This document shows positions 20,001 to 30,943 of a stretch of DNA of 64,000 bases, piece by piece. Positions within the stretch are counted from its first letter, which is position 1. Each line of letters opens with the position of its first letter. The notes beneath the pieces were generated by a model, which was given only the letters and a program-made list of their open reading frames with translations, searched no databases and was not told where the DNA came from. The position numbers were made by a program, and so were the translations under genes. The stretch comes from Erysipelotrichaceae bacterium (GTDB lineage Bacteria; Bacillota_I; Bacilli_A; RFN20; CAG-826), in the NCBI GenBank assembly GCA_012837435.1, contig DURD01000025.1:5840-69839 (forward strand). Reading direction: 5' to 3'.

Positions 20001-20012
20001 TGATTAGTCCTC

Positions 20013-20306
20013 CTATTTTCTGGCCGTCGCAGCTTTATCTTCCGCTGTGTGGCCAGTATGTCCCGTGTATTTTCTCGTTGGAGAAAACTCACCTAATTTA
20101 TGTCCTACCATGTCTTCTGTGACATAGACAGAGATGTGCACTTTGCCGTTATAAACCGCGAATGTGTGACCCACGAATGATGGGTAAATTGTAGAACGGC
20201 GTGACCAAGTCTTAATGACTGCTTTTTTGTTTTTTGCATTTAAGGCTTCAACTTTTTTCATCAATGATTCATCGACGAATGCGCCTTTTTTTAAACTTCT
20301 TGCCAT
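20013..20306 (-). CDS. rpsS: 30S ribosomal protein S19
   Basis: [19 protein letters not shown]...[23 protein letters not shown]. Confidence 0.97.
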   Translation of the reverse strand: MARSLKKGAFVDESLMKKVEALNAKNKKAVIKTWSRRSTIYPSFVGHTFAVYNGKVHISVYVTEDMVGHKLGEFSPTRKYTGHTGHTAEDKAATARK

Positions 20307-20326
20307 ATTTTTAACTCCTTTCGCGA

Positions 20327-21160
20327 TTATTTGGCTTTCCTATGACGGACGATTAGTTTGCTGGAAGCTTTTTTCCTGTTGCGTGTCTTGACACCTAATG
20401 CACGTTTTCCCCATGGGGTTCTCGGTGCATCGCGTCCGATTGGACACTTACCTTCACCACCACCATGTGGGTGATCAATGGGGTTCATAGCGCTTCCGCG
20501 AACTGTTGGTCTTACGCCATACCAACGGTTCTTACCTGCCTTACCAAAATTGATAAGATTCCATTCGTCGTTTCCGACTGTCCCGATGGTAGCGCGACAA
20601 GTCCCTAATACTTTTCTCACTTCTCCAGAAGCTAAGCGGACTATGACGTATTTGTCTTCACGGCCTAGCACTTGAGCAGAAGCACCCGCGGCCCTGCACA
20701 TTTGTCCACCTCGACCAGGGACTAATTCGATGTTGTGAATGAAGGTACCTTCTGGAATATTTCTAAGCAAACAGGCATTGCCAGTAACAATATCCGTGGC
20801 TTCATCTGAAATAATTTTGTCGCCGACTTGAATATTTTTGGGGGCGAGAATGTAACGCTTTTCACCATCGAGGTAGCTAACCAAACAGATGTTAGCGTTG
20901 CGATTTGGATCGTATTCGATAGTTTTCACGACCGCTGGAATGCCATCTTTATTGCGTTTGAAGTCAATAATACGGTATTTTCGTTTATGACCTCCACCAA
21001 CGTGGCGGCAGGTAATTTTACCTTGGTTATTTCTGCCACCAGATTTGGACAAACTAACTAATAAGCTTTTCTCAGGAGCGGTCTTGGTGATTTCACCGAA
21101 TGTCGAATTTGTCATGTTTCTACGGCTGGGAGTCGTAGGTTTGTAAGTTCTAATTGACAT
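20327..21160 (-). CDS. rplB: 50S ribosomal protein L2
   Basis: [16 protein letters not shown]...GGGHKRKYR...HPHGGGEGK. Confidence 0.97.
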   Translation of the reverse strand: MSIRTYKPTTPSRRNMTNSTFGEITKTAPEKSLLVSLSKSGGRNNQGKITCRHVGGGHKRKYRIIDFKRNKDGIPAVVKTIEYDPNRNANICLVSYLDGEKRYILAPKNIQVGDKIISDEATDIVTGNACLLRNIPEGTFIHNIELVPGRGGQMCRAAGASAQVLGREDKYVIVRLASGEVRKVLGTCRATIGTVGNDEWNLINFGKAGKNRWYGVRPTVRGSAMNPIDHPHGGGEGKCPIGRDAPRTPWGKRALGVKTRNRKKASSKLIVRHRKAK

Positions 21161-21198
21161 TGCTTTTTCCTCCTATATTTTGAATAAGTGAACTTAAC

Positions 21199-21549
21199 TT
21201 ATTCTCTGAATAGGTCGATTGCTTCACCTTCAGCCACGGTGACAATCGCCTTCTTATAACCAGGGATACGACCAGGATATCTGGTTCCTCTAGTTGTTTC
21301 TTTTGCTCTCTGATTTGCGACTTTAACATCATCGACTTTAACTTGGAAGATTCTCTCGAAAGCTAATTTGATTTCAATTTTCGTCGCACTGGGGAGCACT
21401 TTGACTGTTACTTTGTTTTCGTTTTGCATCAGTGCCATAGTTTTTTCGGTAATGATTGGCTTAACGATTACAGAGAAATCTTTTTCTGTCGCTTTGGGGA
21501 AGCGAATTTCTTTTTTGGTCCTAGTTTTAGATTTTTTTCTTGGTGCCAT
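21199..21549 (-). CDS. rplW: 50S ribosomal protein L23 (about 20-aa basic N-terminal extension)
   Basis: The core is VIVKPIITEKTMALMQNENKVTVKV...KKAIVTVAEGEAIDLF. It is preceded by MAPRKKSKTRTKKEIRFPKATEK. Confidence 0.93.
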   Translation of the reverse strand: MAPRKKSKTRTKKEIRFPKATEKDFSVIVKPIITEKTMALMQNENKVTVKVLPSATKIEIKLAFERIFQVKVDDVKVANQRAKETTRGTRYPGRIPGYKKAIVTVAEGEAIDLFRE

Positions 21550-21550
21550 A

Positions 21551-22189
21551 CTACATTAACGCCTCCTCAATTGCTTTGATGCTAGTTTTAGAAACGATGA
21601 GGTTGTCGACATTTAACAAATCGAGAACACTGACGTTATCTGGCGTTACAACTTTGGCAAAGCCAATGTTGCGTGCACTAGCGAAGATTTCTTCGGTGAT
21701 TTCATCGACGACCACGAGAGCTTTGCCATTAACTTTGAAAGCATCTAAGAAACTCACAAAGTTTTTGGTTTTCCTTTCGTCAAATTTGATTTCATCGACG
21801 ACCACAAGTCCATCTTTTGTTTTTAAACTGAGCGCGGACTTGAGCGCTAGTTTATGTTCTTTTTTATTTTGAGAAATCTTGGGATTTTGATTTCCAATTG
21901 GTCCGAACATTGTACCGCCACCCACCCAAATGGGGGAACGGCTTGAACCAGCACGGGCGCGACCCGTACCTTTTTGACGGAAGGGTTTTTTGCCTCCGCC
22001 TCTGACTTCGTGACGCACTTTCGTTTTAGCGGTCGCTTGTCTAGAGTTTGCCTGTGCTACTTGAACGGAGTCGAACATCACTTGTCGATGGGGCTCGATG
22101 TCGAACACTTCGGCATTAAGACTCATTTTGGAGATTTCTTCGCCAGCCATGTTGTAAACTTTGACACTGACTGTTTTATTTTTTGCCAT
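21551..22189 (-). CDS. rplD: 50S ribosomal protein L4
   Basis: RQATAKTKVRHEVRGGGKKPFRQKGTGRARAGSSRSPIWVGGG. Confidence 0.96.
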   Translation of the reverse strand: MAKNKTVSVKVYNMAGEEISKMSLNAEVFDIEPHRQVMFDSVQVAQANSRQATAKTKVRHEVRGGGKKPFRQKGTGRARAGSSRSPIWVGGGTMFGPIGNQNPKISQNKKEHKLALKSALSLKTKDGLVVVDEIKFDERKTKNFVSFLDAFKVNGKALVVVDEITEEIFASARNIGFAKVVTPDNVSVLDLLNVDNLIVSKTSIKAIEEALM

Positions 22190-22211
22190 TTTGCTGTTCT
22201 CCTTTCCGTTC

Positions 22212-22940
22212 TTATTCCACCACTTCGCTTACTGGAGTTTCTGGGACAGGAACTTGTTCAACGATAGGGGCGCGATTAATGAGTGGTTTGACTGAACCAG
22301 GTTTTTTAATAGCCTTGACGGCACTTCTAATAGTCACAATGCCTTTACGCGGACCTGGAACACCACCTTTTATCAAGATGTAATTTTTATCGGCATCGAC
22401 GGCAACCACTAATTGGTTATGCACCGTTGCCGATTTATTACCGTGATGACCTGCCATATGTTTGCCAGGCATGACGCCTTGATTATAACGACCGTTGTTA
22501 GCAAATGAACCAGCACCTCTGTGATAACCTGAACCGTGACCTTTGGCCCCGATAGCAAGATTCCAGCGCTTGATAACACCCGTGAAACCGTGACCTTTAG
22601 AAACACCGATGACATCTACTATATCACCCGCTTTGAAGATGTCGGCTTTGATGACATCGCCAAGTTGATAATTGGCCATCTCATCACCCTTTAGTTCTCT
22701 CAGGTGTTGATGTGGAACTGTATTCGCTTTTTTAGCAATTCCTTTTTCGCATTTGTTGGCTTTTGATTCTTTTTTGAAAGGTTCATAACCAACTTGCAAT
22801 GCGTTATAACCATCTTTTTCAACAGTTTTGACTTGTGTGACAACGTTTGGTAAGACTTCCACGACCGTCACAGCATAAATTTGACCATCTTCAGCAAAGA
22901 CTTGAGTCATACCCATTTTACGGCCAATAATTGCTTTCAT
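22212..22940 (-). CDS. rplC: 50S ribosomal protein L3 (about 30-aa C-terminal extension)
   Basis: MKAIIGRKMGMTQVF...VSKGHGFTGVIKRWN...GGVPGPRKG. A Pro/Val/Glu-rich tail follows: PLINRAPIVEQVPVPETPVSEVVE. Confidence 0.95.
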   Translation of the reverse strand: MKAIIGRKMGMTQVFAEDGQIYAVTVVEVLPNVVTQVKTVEKDGYNALQVGYEPFKKESKANKCEKGIAKKANTVPHQHLRELKGDEMANYQLGDVIKADIFKAGDIVDVIGVSKGHGFTGVIKRWNLAIGAKGHGSGYHRGAGSFANNGRYNQGVMPGKHMAGHHGNKSATVHNQLVVAVDADKNYILIKGGVPGPRKGIVTIRSAVKAIKKPGSVKPLINRAPIVEQVPVPETPVSEVVE

Positions 22941-22953
22941 GAATTCTTACCTC

Positions 22954-23265
22954 CTATAACTTGATTTCGATATCGACACCCGCTGGTAAATCAAGATTCT
23001 TTAGCGCATCAAGAGTGGCCTTGCGGTAGTTTCTAATATCGATGATTCTCTTATGTGTTCTGATTTCGAATTGCTCACGAGAATCTTTGTATTTGTGAAC
23101 AGCTCTTAAAATAGTGAACACTTGTTTTTCCGTTGGGAGCGGGATGGGGCCCACAACTGTAGCGCCCGTATTTTTCGCCGCAGAAACGATTTTTTCAGCA
23201 CTCGAATCTAAGCTGACATGATCGTAAGCTTTGAGGCGAACCCTAATTTTGGATATTTTTGCCAT
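22954..23265 (-). CDS. rpsJ: 30S ribosomal protein S10
   Basis: [22 protein letters not shown]...[35 protein letters not shown]. It is the first gene of the operon. Confidence 0.97.
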   Translation of the reverse strand: MAKISKIRVRLKAYDHVSLDSSAEKIVSAAKNTGATVVGPIPLPTEKQVFTILRAVHKYKDSREQFEIRTHKRIIDIRNYRKATLDALKNLDLPAGVDIEIKL

Positions 23266-23395
23266 GAATTAATTTTCCTCCTATCACGTTCGGACTTTGA
23301 CTTTGGTTCTCTCTTTGCGAATTACCTGAAGGCACCTTCATGACAACGCCTGTGGGTGTATCAGCAACCTCGCACGTCAACGCGAACCGTCAACG
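23266..23395 (-). promoter_or_regulatory. Putative structured 5' leader of the S10 operon
   Basis: About 130 nt lie between the predicted promoter and the rpsJ ATG. This stretch is visibly more GC-rich than flanking intergenic DNA. It contains the direct repeat CGTTGACG twice (13-nt period, 23375-23395 on the plus strand) and short hairpin-capable segments. The RBS GAGGAAAA lies just before the ATG. Confidence 0.4.
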
Positions 23396-23401
23396 TTCAT
23401 A

Positions 23402-23430
23402 ATCATACATTTTTGCCTAATAACTGTCAA
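23402..23430 (-). promoter_or_regulatory. Sigma-A type promoter of the ribosomal protein superoperon
   Basis: The minus strand reads TTGACA (23430-23425), a 17-nt spacer, then TATGAT (23407-23402). Confidence 0.7.
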
Positions 23431-23520
23431 CATATTATTTAAAATAAATATATATAGGGGTAAAAGTGCACAATAAGCGAACAGATTAAAAGGCTTTTTG
23501 CATCACAAAAAATTTAGAAA

Positions 23521-23546
23521 AAATTAGAAAAAGGCGATTTTTCGCC
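23521..23546 (-). terminator. Weak intrinsic terminator after queH
   Basis: The minus strand reads GGCGA-AAAA-TCGCC followed by TTTTTCTAATTTTTT. The stem is only 5 bp. Confidence 0.35.
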
Positions 23547-23611
23547 CCTTGTTTTTCGATTTTTTTGTCTGAAACAATACCGGAAAATATCAAAAAGATG
23601 AGTTGATAGAA

Positions 23612-24244
23612 TTATTTAAATTCCTCAATTTTTCTTCTAATTGAGAACTTGCAACCACAATAGTCTTGAAAATATATCTTAAAATCTCTGACAATTTTAA
23701 GTGATTTTTCGTACCCCCCATTTTTCTTGAAATCTGCGGGGAGCCATTTCGTATATAGACTATTTTTAGCTATTTCAAAACCAATTTCATTTAAAATTTG
23801 CGAGTTTTTAAATCTAGAAATGCTCATCACTGTCCCGTAGTAATCAAAATGATTTTTCGAAGCATAGGAAAAGGTTTTTTCCAGTCTTTTTGTAAAACAA
23901 ATTCTACATCTATCCCCACCTTCTTTTTGATCGGCGTAAGGTAAAAGATCGACATTATAAGCGTCATTATCGTAAGGCGGTTCAATGATGGGGATATCCG
24001 CGTTGATGGCTTTTAAATATTTTTTAAGTTCCGTTAGACGTCGATGATACTCCGCTTCAGGAAAAATATTAGAATTATTGTAAAATATTGTAATCCTAAA
24101 ATGATTTTTAAGGAGTTCATAAGGGTAAGTAAAGCAAGGACCGCAGCAAATATGCAGAAGCAAAGTCGGTTTATAATTTTTAGATTTGATTAAATCCAAC
24201 TCTTTTAAAAATTCATCATTGTAGTTAATCTTAGCAGTTTCCAT
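23612..24244 (-). CDS. queH: Epoxyqueuosine reductase QueH (DUF208)
   Basis: It has LLHICCGPCFTYP and the downstream Cys cluster GGDRCRICF. The start is set at ATG 24244 (METAKINYN), which overlaps the queA stop by 14 nt. The ORF-track start at 24325 lies deep inside queA. Confidence 0.8.
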   Translation of the reverse strand: METAKINYNDEFLKELDLIKSKNYKPTLLLHICCGPCFTYPYELLKNHFRITIFYNNSNIFPEAEYHRRLTELKKYLKAINADIPIIEPPYDNDAYNVDLLPYADQKEGGDRCRICFTKRLEKTFSYASKNHFDYYGTVMSISRFKNSQILNEIGFEIAKNSLYTKWLPADFKKNGGYEKSLKIVRDFKIYFQDYCGCKFSIRRKIEEFK

Positions 24245-25264
24245 AAATGAACATGGCGTCTCCAAACGAGAAAAATCTGTATTTCTTATCGATAGCGTAT
24301 TTATAAACTTCGAGTGTAAATTCACGTCCCATGTAAGCTGAAATCAACATGATTAACGTGGATTTAGGAAGGTGAAAATTTGTTATCAAAGCATCGATGG
24401 TTTGGAATTTATAACCTGGTTCGATGAATAGGTTGGTTTCTGCTTTTGTAGGTTGAAATTTACCGTATTTAAGGTAGTTTGATTCTAATGTTCTTACCGA
24501 TGTAGTACCGATGGCAATAATATGGCGATTTTCATTTTTAGCAGTATTTAACCTATCTGCAGCTTTTTTAGACATTTCGTAAAATTCGCTGTGCATTATA
24601 TGGTCCTTGGAATCACTAACTTTTATCGGTCTAAAAGTTCCTAAGCCGATATGCAATGTGATATCGACAATTTCCACACCCTTAGCTTTAATTTTATCAA
24701 ATAGTTCATCGGTAAAATGAAAACCGGCAGTTGGAGCGGCCGCGCTACCTTCGTTCTTTGCATAAATAGTCTGGTAGCGGTCATTGGGACATAGTTGTTT
24801 AGAAATGTATGGAGGAAGAGGCATTTTTCCGAGTTCATCGAGAATTTCTAGAAAAATACCGTGATATATGAATTTAAATATCCGTAGGCCTTCTTCTTTT
24901 TCTTCGACGCATTCGGCGATGAGTTTTCCTTCGCCAAAAATAACTCTCGCCCCTACTTTTAGCGACTTAGCAGGTCTAGTGAGGCATTCCCAATTATCTC
25001 CCTTTATTTGTTTTAGAAGCAGCAGTTCGCAGTGCGCCCCCGTCACTTCTTTCACACCGAAAAGACGCGCGGGAATAACCTTTGTATTATTTCTTACTAA
25101 GACGTCTCCAGGTCTTAAATAATCGATGATGTCAAAAAAATTTTTATCTTCGTACGTATGACTTTCTCGATTGACCACTAAAAGACGGGAGTGGTCTCTT
25201 ATCTCGCTCGGCTTTTGAGCAATCAGTTGCTCTGGTAAATGATAATCAAATAGATTGATGTCCA

Positions 25265-25265
<1 letters not shown>
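24231..25265 (-). CDS. queA: S-adenosylmethionine:tRNA ribosyltransferase-isomerase
   Basis: FDYHLPEQLIAQKPSEIRDHSRLLV...GSAAAPTAGFHFT...TLHIGLGTF...AIGTTSVRTLES. Confidence 0.95.
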
Positions 25266-26398
<1,133 letters not shown>

Positions 26399-26431
26399 TT
26401 ATAAAATAATGTGGTATAAACCACAACTAAC

Positions 26432-26456
26432 AAAAAAGCGCGGAATTAACCGCGCC
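26432..26456 (-). terminator. Intrinsic terminator after the GH43 gene
   Basis: The minus strand reads GGCGCGG-TTAATT-CCGCGC followed by TTTTTT. Confidence 0.7.
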
Positions 26457-26472
26457 TTAATGTCATCGGTAA

Positions 26473-27900
26473 TTATTTAAGAAACAATTTCGTTAAATCG
26501 AGAGAGCCTTTGCCCTCATAAATAAAGGTTACCTTGTCTTTTTCTCCACCTTTTTTAACAGGGAACTTAATTACTTTCATTTCTTTTTTCAAATCAATTT
26601 CTTGAATCGCTTCTTTATTGCCATACTGCATAGTAAGTTTTCCCTGCGCGAAAGAACTATTTACTTCGATACCAAAAGATTTCGTTTCTCTTAAATCAAA
26701 ATATTTGTAAGTGACTGAACACCCGTCGTTAAAGTTCTTTATATATTGATTGGGATTTTCTTCTCTATCGCGACCATGTTGGGTCAAATATGGCTCTTTG
26801 TTGTGGCCCCATTTGAAAATACCATAGAACCTATTACCTTCTTTAGCTCTCAAACCACAGCAAATAGAAGCAAAATATTCTCCTTTTCCTGGTAGGGGTT
26901 TACCGTATAAGCCTTGTGAGGTTCTTTCGACTTGTTTAATCGAACCATCTTCTTCAATAAACACTTCTTCAGCAATAGATTGCCTAGAGAATTGGCATTT
27001 ATTTGTTTGTCTATGGAAAAATATGTAGTAACGACCATTCGCTTCCACCATCGAACCATGAGTGTTACCTGTAAAATCAACAGCGGTTTTACTGTCGACA
27101 TGTTCACCGAGACCGATGTCGCCGTTAGAAACTATCGTGCCCCCTCTTTTGAATGGACCCATTGGACTTTCGCCGATGCAATAACATAGTTCATGACCAG
27201 CTTGTGAAGAATAAATGAAATAATATCGGCCTTTAAATTTGCGCATCGAACTGGCTTCAAAGAAAGCATGAATTCCATATTCATTGTTAACATCGTTTTT
27301 CATAGTAGGGACAGTCAGAACTGGTCCATCGATAACTGTCAGCATATCTTTTGGATCTAGTTCGACAACCGCACCACCCTTAATAGACTTAGAACGCACA
27401 TCAAGCAGAGGGTAAAACATAGCGGTTCCATAATATAAGTAAACGCGTCCATCTTCGACAAAAACCGCTGGGTCAAAGGGAAGATATGACTTATTCCATT
27501 TTCTTAAATCGACATTGCCATGAAATTTAAAAGGTCCCGCTGGGTTATCTGCAACAGCACAGTTGATAACAAAAGAACCACTAGTTATTCCTTGCACTGG
27601 GCAGTAATACAAATAGTATTTTCCATCTGGTCCTTGACAAACATCTGGTGCATAAAAAACTCTTTTACCATTTGTCGTGGGATCATCTGACTTTTTCCAA
27701 ATAACACCTTCGTACCGCCAATCAGATAAATCATCGACGGGAGCGGACCACGTTACATAATCATTCAAGCAGAAATTGTTTCCGTTGAAACGATCGTGAG
27801 AACCATAGATATAAACTCGTTCATTAAAAACGTGAGGCTCAGCATCTGGAATATACTCAAAATTAGGTAAATAAGGATTAGTAACTATTTTTTTCATCAA
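26473..27900 (-). CDS. GH43-family glycoside hydrolase (beta-xylosidase / alpha-L-arabinofuranosidase type), cytoplasmic
   Basis: The N-terminus NPYLPNFEYIPDAEPHVFNERVYIYGSHDRFNGNNFCLNDY is typical of a GH43 five-bladed propeller subfamily. There is no signal peptide. Confidence 0.75.
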   Translation of the reverse strand: MMKKIVTNPYLPNFEYIPDAEPHVFNERVYIYGSHDRFNGNNFCLNDYVTWSAPVDDLSDWRYEGVIWKKSDDPTTNGKRVFYAPDVCQGPDGKYYLYYCPVQGITSGSFVINCAVADNPAGPFKFHGNVDLRKWNKSYLPFDPAVFVEDGRVYLYYGTAMFYPLLDVRSKSIKGGAVVELDPKDMLTVIDGPVLTVPTMKNDVNNEYGIHAFFEASSMRKFKGRYYFIYSSQAGHELCYCIGESPMGPFKRGGTIVSNGDIGLGEHVDSKTAVDFTGNTHGSMVEANGRYYIFFHRQTNKCQFSRQSIAEEVFIEEDGSIKQVERTSQGLYGKPLPGKGEYFASICCGLRAKEGNRFYGIFKWGHNKEPYLTQHGRDREENPNQYIKNFNDGCSVTYKYFDLRETKSFGIEVNSSFAQGKLTMQYGNKEAIQEIDLKKEMKVIKFPVKKGGEKDKVTFIYEGKGSLDLTKLFLK

Positions 27901-27991
27901 AAAATCTCCTTTGAACTATGCTTTATTTTATCAATAAAAAACGATAACACTTATAATATTTATGCTTTTTATGGATGATTATCTTACGATA

Positions 27992-28510
27992 TTAAAGAAT
28001 TTTGATAAAATCCGCTTTTCTTTCTTTAACTTCTAGAGATACATTGTCTTTCACATAACCTAAAGCACAACCACCGACAACTTTAAAATTATCAGGTATT
28101 CCCAATGTTTTTTTAACTTTTAGTCCGTTTTTAGATCGTAACAATGAATCAAACTGATTAATCCAACAAGATCCAAGACCTAATGAATGAGCCGCTAAAA
28201 ACATGTTTTCTAGAATGCACGAACAATCTTTATCAGTGAAATCATCTTCGGCTGGGCCTGCTACTAAAATTATCGCTTGTACCCCGTGCATACAATCGCG
28301 ATCCAGTAATTCAAATGATAAATTGCGTAATTTTTCCACATTTGGTTTGCTTTTAACTACGTAAATATTAGCTATTTGACGATTTCTTCCACTGGGAGCA
28401 TACTTCCCAGCTTCCGCCACAGCCAAAACCTTTTTAGTGGGCACTCTTTTGTCGGAATACTCACGACAGCTAACACGGCTTTTAATTAATCTAATGAATT
28501 TATTTGCCAA
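27992..28510 (-). CDS. Nitroreductase-family flavoprotein
   Basis: RVSCREYSDKRVP...APSGRNRQ...AAHSLGLGSCWI is a typical NADH-oxidase/nitroreductase fold signature. Confidence 0.75.
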   Translation of the reverse strand: MANKFIRLIKSRVSCREYSDKRVPTKKVLAVAEAGKYAPSGRNRQIANIYVVKSKPNVEKLRNLSFELLDRDCMHGVQAIILVAGPAEDDFTDKDCSCILENMFLAAHSLGLGSCWINQFDSLLRSKNGLKVKKTLGIPDNFKVVGGCALGYVKDNVSLEVKERKADFIKIL

Positions 28511-28522
28511 AATTTTAACCTC

Positions 28523-29107
28523 CTATCTATAATATTTGACAGCCATTAAAGCTATATTTTTGTTTGTTTCATAATCGCTTTTTAATCGCGATTGATCTAC
28601 ATCTATACCTTTGTTATGACAATGCTTGATAAACTCCTTGGTAAAAAACCACAGGTGGATGTCGTTTTGAATAAATTTTTCTTTGCTTATGAATTTTTCA
28701 TATTTAAAAGGCAAGTAGTATAATTTATTATTTGAATATACGAAATTTTCAGGAAGATATTCTAAGGCAATTTTATCATTTTTTGCATACCAAAATGTCT
28801 TGAATAATAAATCAATAATCTCTTCTGGTAAGTTATCTTTCAGCAGAAGATTAAAACAGTTGTCTCCTTCAATAAAATCAATGACTGCTAACATAGTTTT
28901 TTTATCGTATCCGTAACATTTCGGCGAACTTACTCCAGAGACCCTTAGACGGTGTTCGCTATCGATAAATTGTTCAAAGCCTTGCTTGTCATCTTCAAAT
29001 TTTTTTAAGAAGTATATCTTATTTTTTCTTGATACTTTGAAAGAACGATTACCGATTTGTTCAATAACTTGATAGATTTTTCTTCTAACTTTAATTTCTT
29101 CGGCCAT
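28523..29107 (-). CDS. Hypothetical protein, short protein-kinase-like (APH/choline-kinase-like) fold with degenerate catalytic motifs
   Basis: It has a Gly-loop-like IGNRSFKV, an FLKKF lysine and a hinge-like VIDFIEGD. The expected HxDxxxxN and DFG positions read LPENFVY and YLPF. Confidence 0.3.
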   Translation of the reverse strand: MAEEIKVRRKIYQVIEQIGNRSFKVSRKNKIYFLKKFEDDKQGFEQFIDSEHRLRVSGVSSPKCYGYDKKTMLAVIDFIEGDNCFNLLLKDNLPEEIIDLLFKTFWYAKNDKIALEYLPENFVYSNNKLYYLPFKYEKFISKEKFIQNDIHLWFFTKEFIKHCHNKGIDVDQSRLKSDYETNKNIALMAVKYYR

Positions 29108-29149
29108 ATCAACATTTTATCGACATTTTTTTCATTAGCAAACAAAAGA

Positions 29150-29178
29150 TTACTAATCAATTGGTAACCATCTATAAT
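29150..29178 (+). promoter_or_regulatory. Candidate sigma-A promoter for pepT
   Basis: TTACTA (29150-29155), a 17-nt spacer, then TATAAT (29173-29178). It lies ~24 nt upstream of the pepT ATG. Confidence 0.5.
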
Positions 29179-29201
29179 ATTTCATATATAGAGGTGTGCT
29201 T

Positions 29202-30392
29202 ATGAACGAGAATATCAGAAGATTTATTAGATACGTAAAAATTGACACTCAGGCTGATGAAAATAGCACTACAGTGCCATCAACTGAAAAACAAAAAAAT
29301 CTATCTCGCTTGTTAGTGAAGGAATTGAAAGAATTGGGTTTAAGTGATGCCTATATGGATGAATATGGTATTGTTTATGCTCATCTAGAAGGCGAAGGAG
29401 ATGTCATTGGTTTAAACGCTCATGTCGATACCGCTACAGAAGTAACTGGTTGTAATGTTAATCCTCGTTTAGTAGAAAAATGGGATGGTCGCGACATCAA
29501 ATTAAACGATGAACATTCTATTACTTTAAAGCAATTTCCTTTCATGGAGCAAGTGATAGGACATGACTTGATTGTTACTGATGGCAACACTTTACTAGGT
29601 GCTGACGATAAAGCTGGCATCGCCATCATCATGGGAGTTCTCGATTACATCAAAAATAATCCTGATTTTAAGCATCACCCTCTAGCGATTGCCTTTACAG
29701 TTGATGAAGAAATTGGAAGGGGTCCTAAACATTTTTCTTTAGAAAAAATGGGAGCCGATTATGCTTTTACCATCGATGGTGGCTCCATAAATCACATCGC
29801 TATTGAAAACTTCAACGCTCAACAATTAAAAGTTCAAATAACTGGTGTAGCTGTTCATCCTGGTGAAGGGATTAACACCTTGCTTAACGCTATACAAATC
29901 CAATCAGAATTTATCATGTCATTACCACAAAAAGAAACGCCATTTTACGCTGATGAAGGTTACTGGCATTTAACGAGTACAAATGGCTCGAGTGAGAAAA
30001 CTGAATTTGTAGCGATTTTGAGAAATTTTGATCGTGAAAAATTGAATAAATTAAATATAAAAATATATGAGATTAGGGATACGTTGCTAGAAAAATATCC
30101 AAGAGCTAAAATCGAAGTGGAAATTTTGGAACAGTATGAAAATATGAAACCATATGTGGAAAAAGATCCTCGCCCAGTAAAGAAAGCTTCTGAAGCTTTG
30201 AAAAAATTAGGTTTAGAACCAGTTTTCTCTCGCATTAAAGGAGGAACAGATGGCGCGACCTTTTCAAAGATGGGATTAGTGACTCCTAACTTAGGCACAG
30301 GAAGCGCTAACCATCATGGCCGTTATGAATTTCTTTCTGTACAATTTTTCGAAAAAATGATAGAAATTGTTCTAGAAATTATCAAAAGATAG
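29202..30392 (+). CDS. pepT: Peptidase T (tripeptide aminopeptidase, M20B)
   Basis: FIRYVKIDTQADENS...AHVDTA...LLGADDKAGIA...FTVDEEIGRG...RIKGGTDGA is collinear with PepT. The ATG at 29202 has an AGAGG RBS, whereas the ORF-track start at 29196 is a GTG. Confidence 0.93.
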   Translation: MNENIRRFIRYVKIDTQADENSTTVPSTEKQKNLSRLLVKELKELGLSDAYMDEYGIVYAHLEGEGDVIGLNAHVDTATEVTGCNVNPRLVEKWDGRDIKLNDEHSITLKQFPFMEQVIGHDLIVTDGNTLLGADDKAGIAIIMGVLDYIKNNPDFKHHPLAIAFTVDEEIGRGPKHFSLEKMGADYAFTIDGGSINHIAIENFNAQQLKVQITGVAVHPGEGINTLLNAIQIQSEFIMSLPQKETPFYADEGYWHLTSTNGSSEKTEFVAILRNFDREKLNKLNIKIYEIRDTLLEKYPRAKIEVEILEQYENMKPYVEKDPRPVKKASEALKKLGLEPVFSRIKGGTDGATFSKMGLVTPNLGTGSANHHGRYEFLSVQFFEKMIEIVLEIIKR

Positions 30393-30400
30393 ATTAATAT

Positions 30401-30943
30401 TTGAATATGAAAAGAAACAATATTGCCCAAATTATTTTTGAAATTATCTCCGTTCTCGGAAACATCATTATCGGAACGACAATTTTAACTTTTATATTTC
30501 GAGACGAAACTATCAACAAAACATTTATTTCCTTTATCATCTTATCGATTGGCGCTATAGAAATAGTTGGTTTTTTAGCATTAAAAGATTCGGCAAAAAT
30601 TAAAAATATTCTCAATCTAGTTTCTAATTTAGCGTTGATGGCGCTAGGTATAATTCTCTTTATTCTAAATATTAAATTGGACGAATTGTGCTTAATTTGG
30701 GGTATTGTCTATTTAGTTCTTTACTCAATAAAAGTTACTAATTATGCGTTAAGAATTCCCTATCAGCCATTGCTATGTAGTATAAAAATAATTCTCTCAA
30801 TTATCTTAATCATTTATTCAATTATCTTAATTGTCAAAAGGTCATTGGTTATAGAAGCAAGTTTAACATATATTGGTGTATCTTTACTAATCGAAGCCTT
30901 TATACTTTTTATCGAATTTCTGATTCACCGCTACCAAAAATAA
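30401..30943 (+). CDS. Hypothetical integral membrane protein (about 5-6 TM)
   Basis: The only evidence is the hydrophobic helix pattern; no family was recognised. Confidence 0.5.
   Translation: MNMKRNNIAQIIFEIISVLGNIIIGTTILTFIFRDETINKTFISFIILSIGAIEIVGFLALKDSAKIKNILNLVSNLALMALGIILFILNIKLDELCLIWGIVYLVLYSIKVTNYALRIPYQPLLCSIKIILSIILIIYSIILIVKRSLVIEASLTYIGVSLLIEAFILFIEFLIHRYQK

Noticed and set aside
21150-21332. A 60-aa ORF bridging rplB and rplW
   Set aside because: It overlaps the rplW 3' end and the rplB start in another frame. The 38-nt intergenic gap only holds the rplB RBS.
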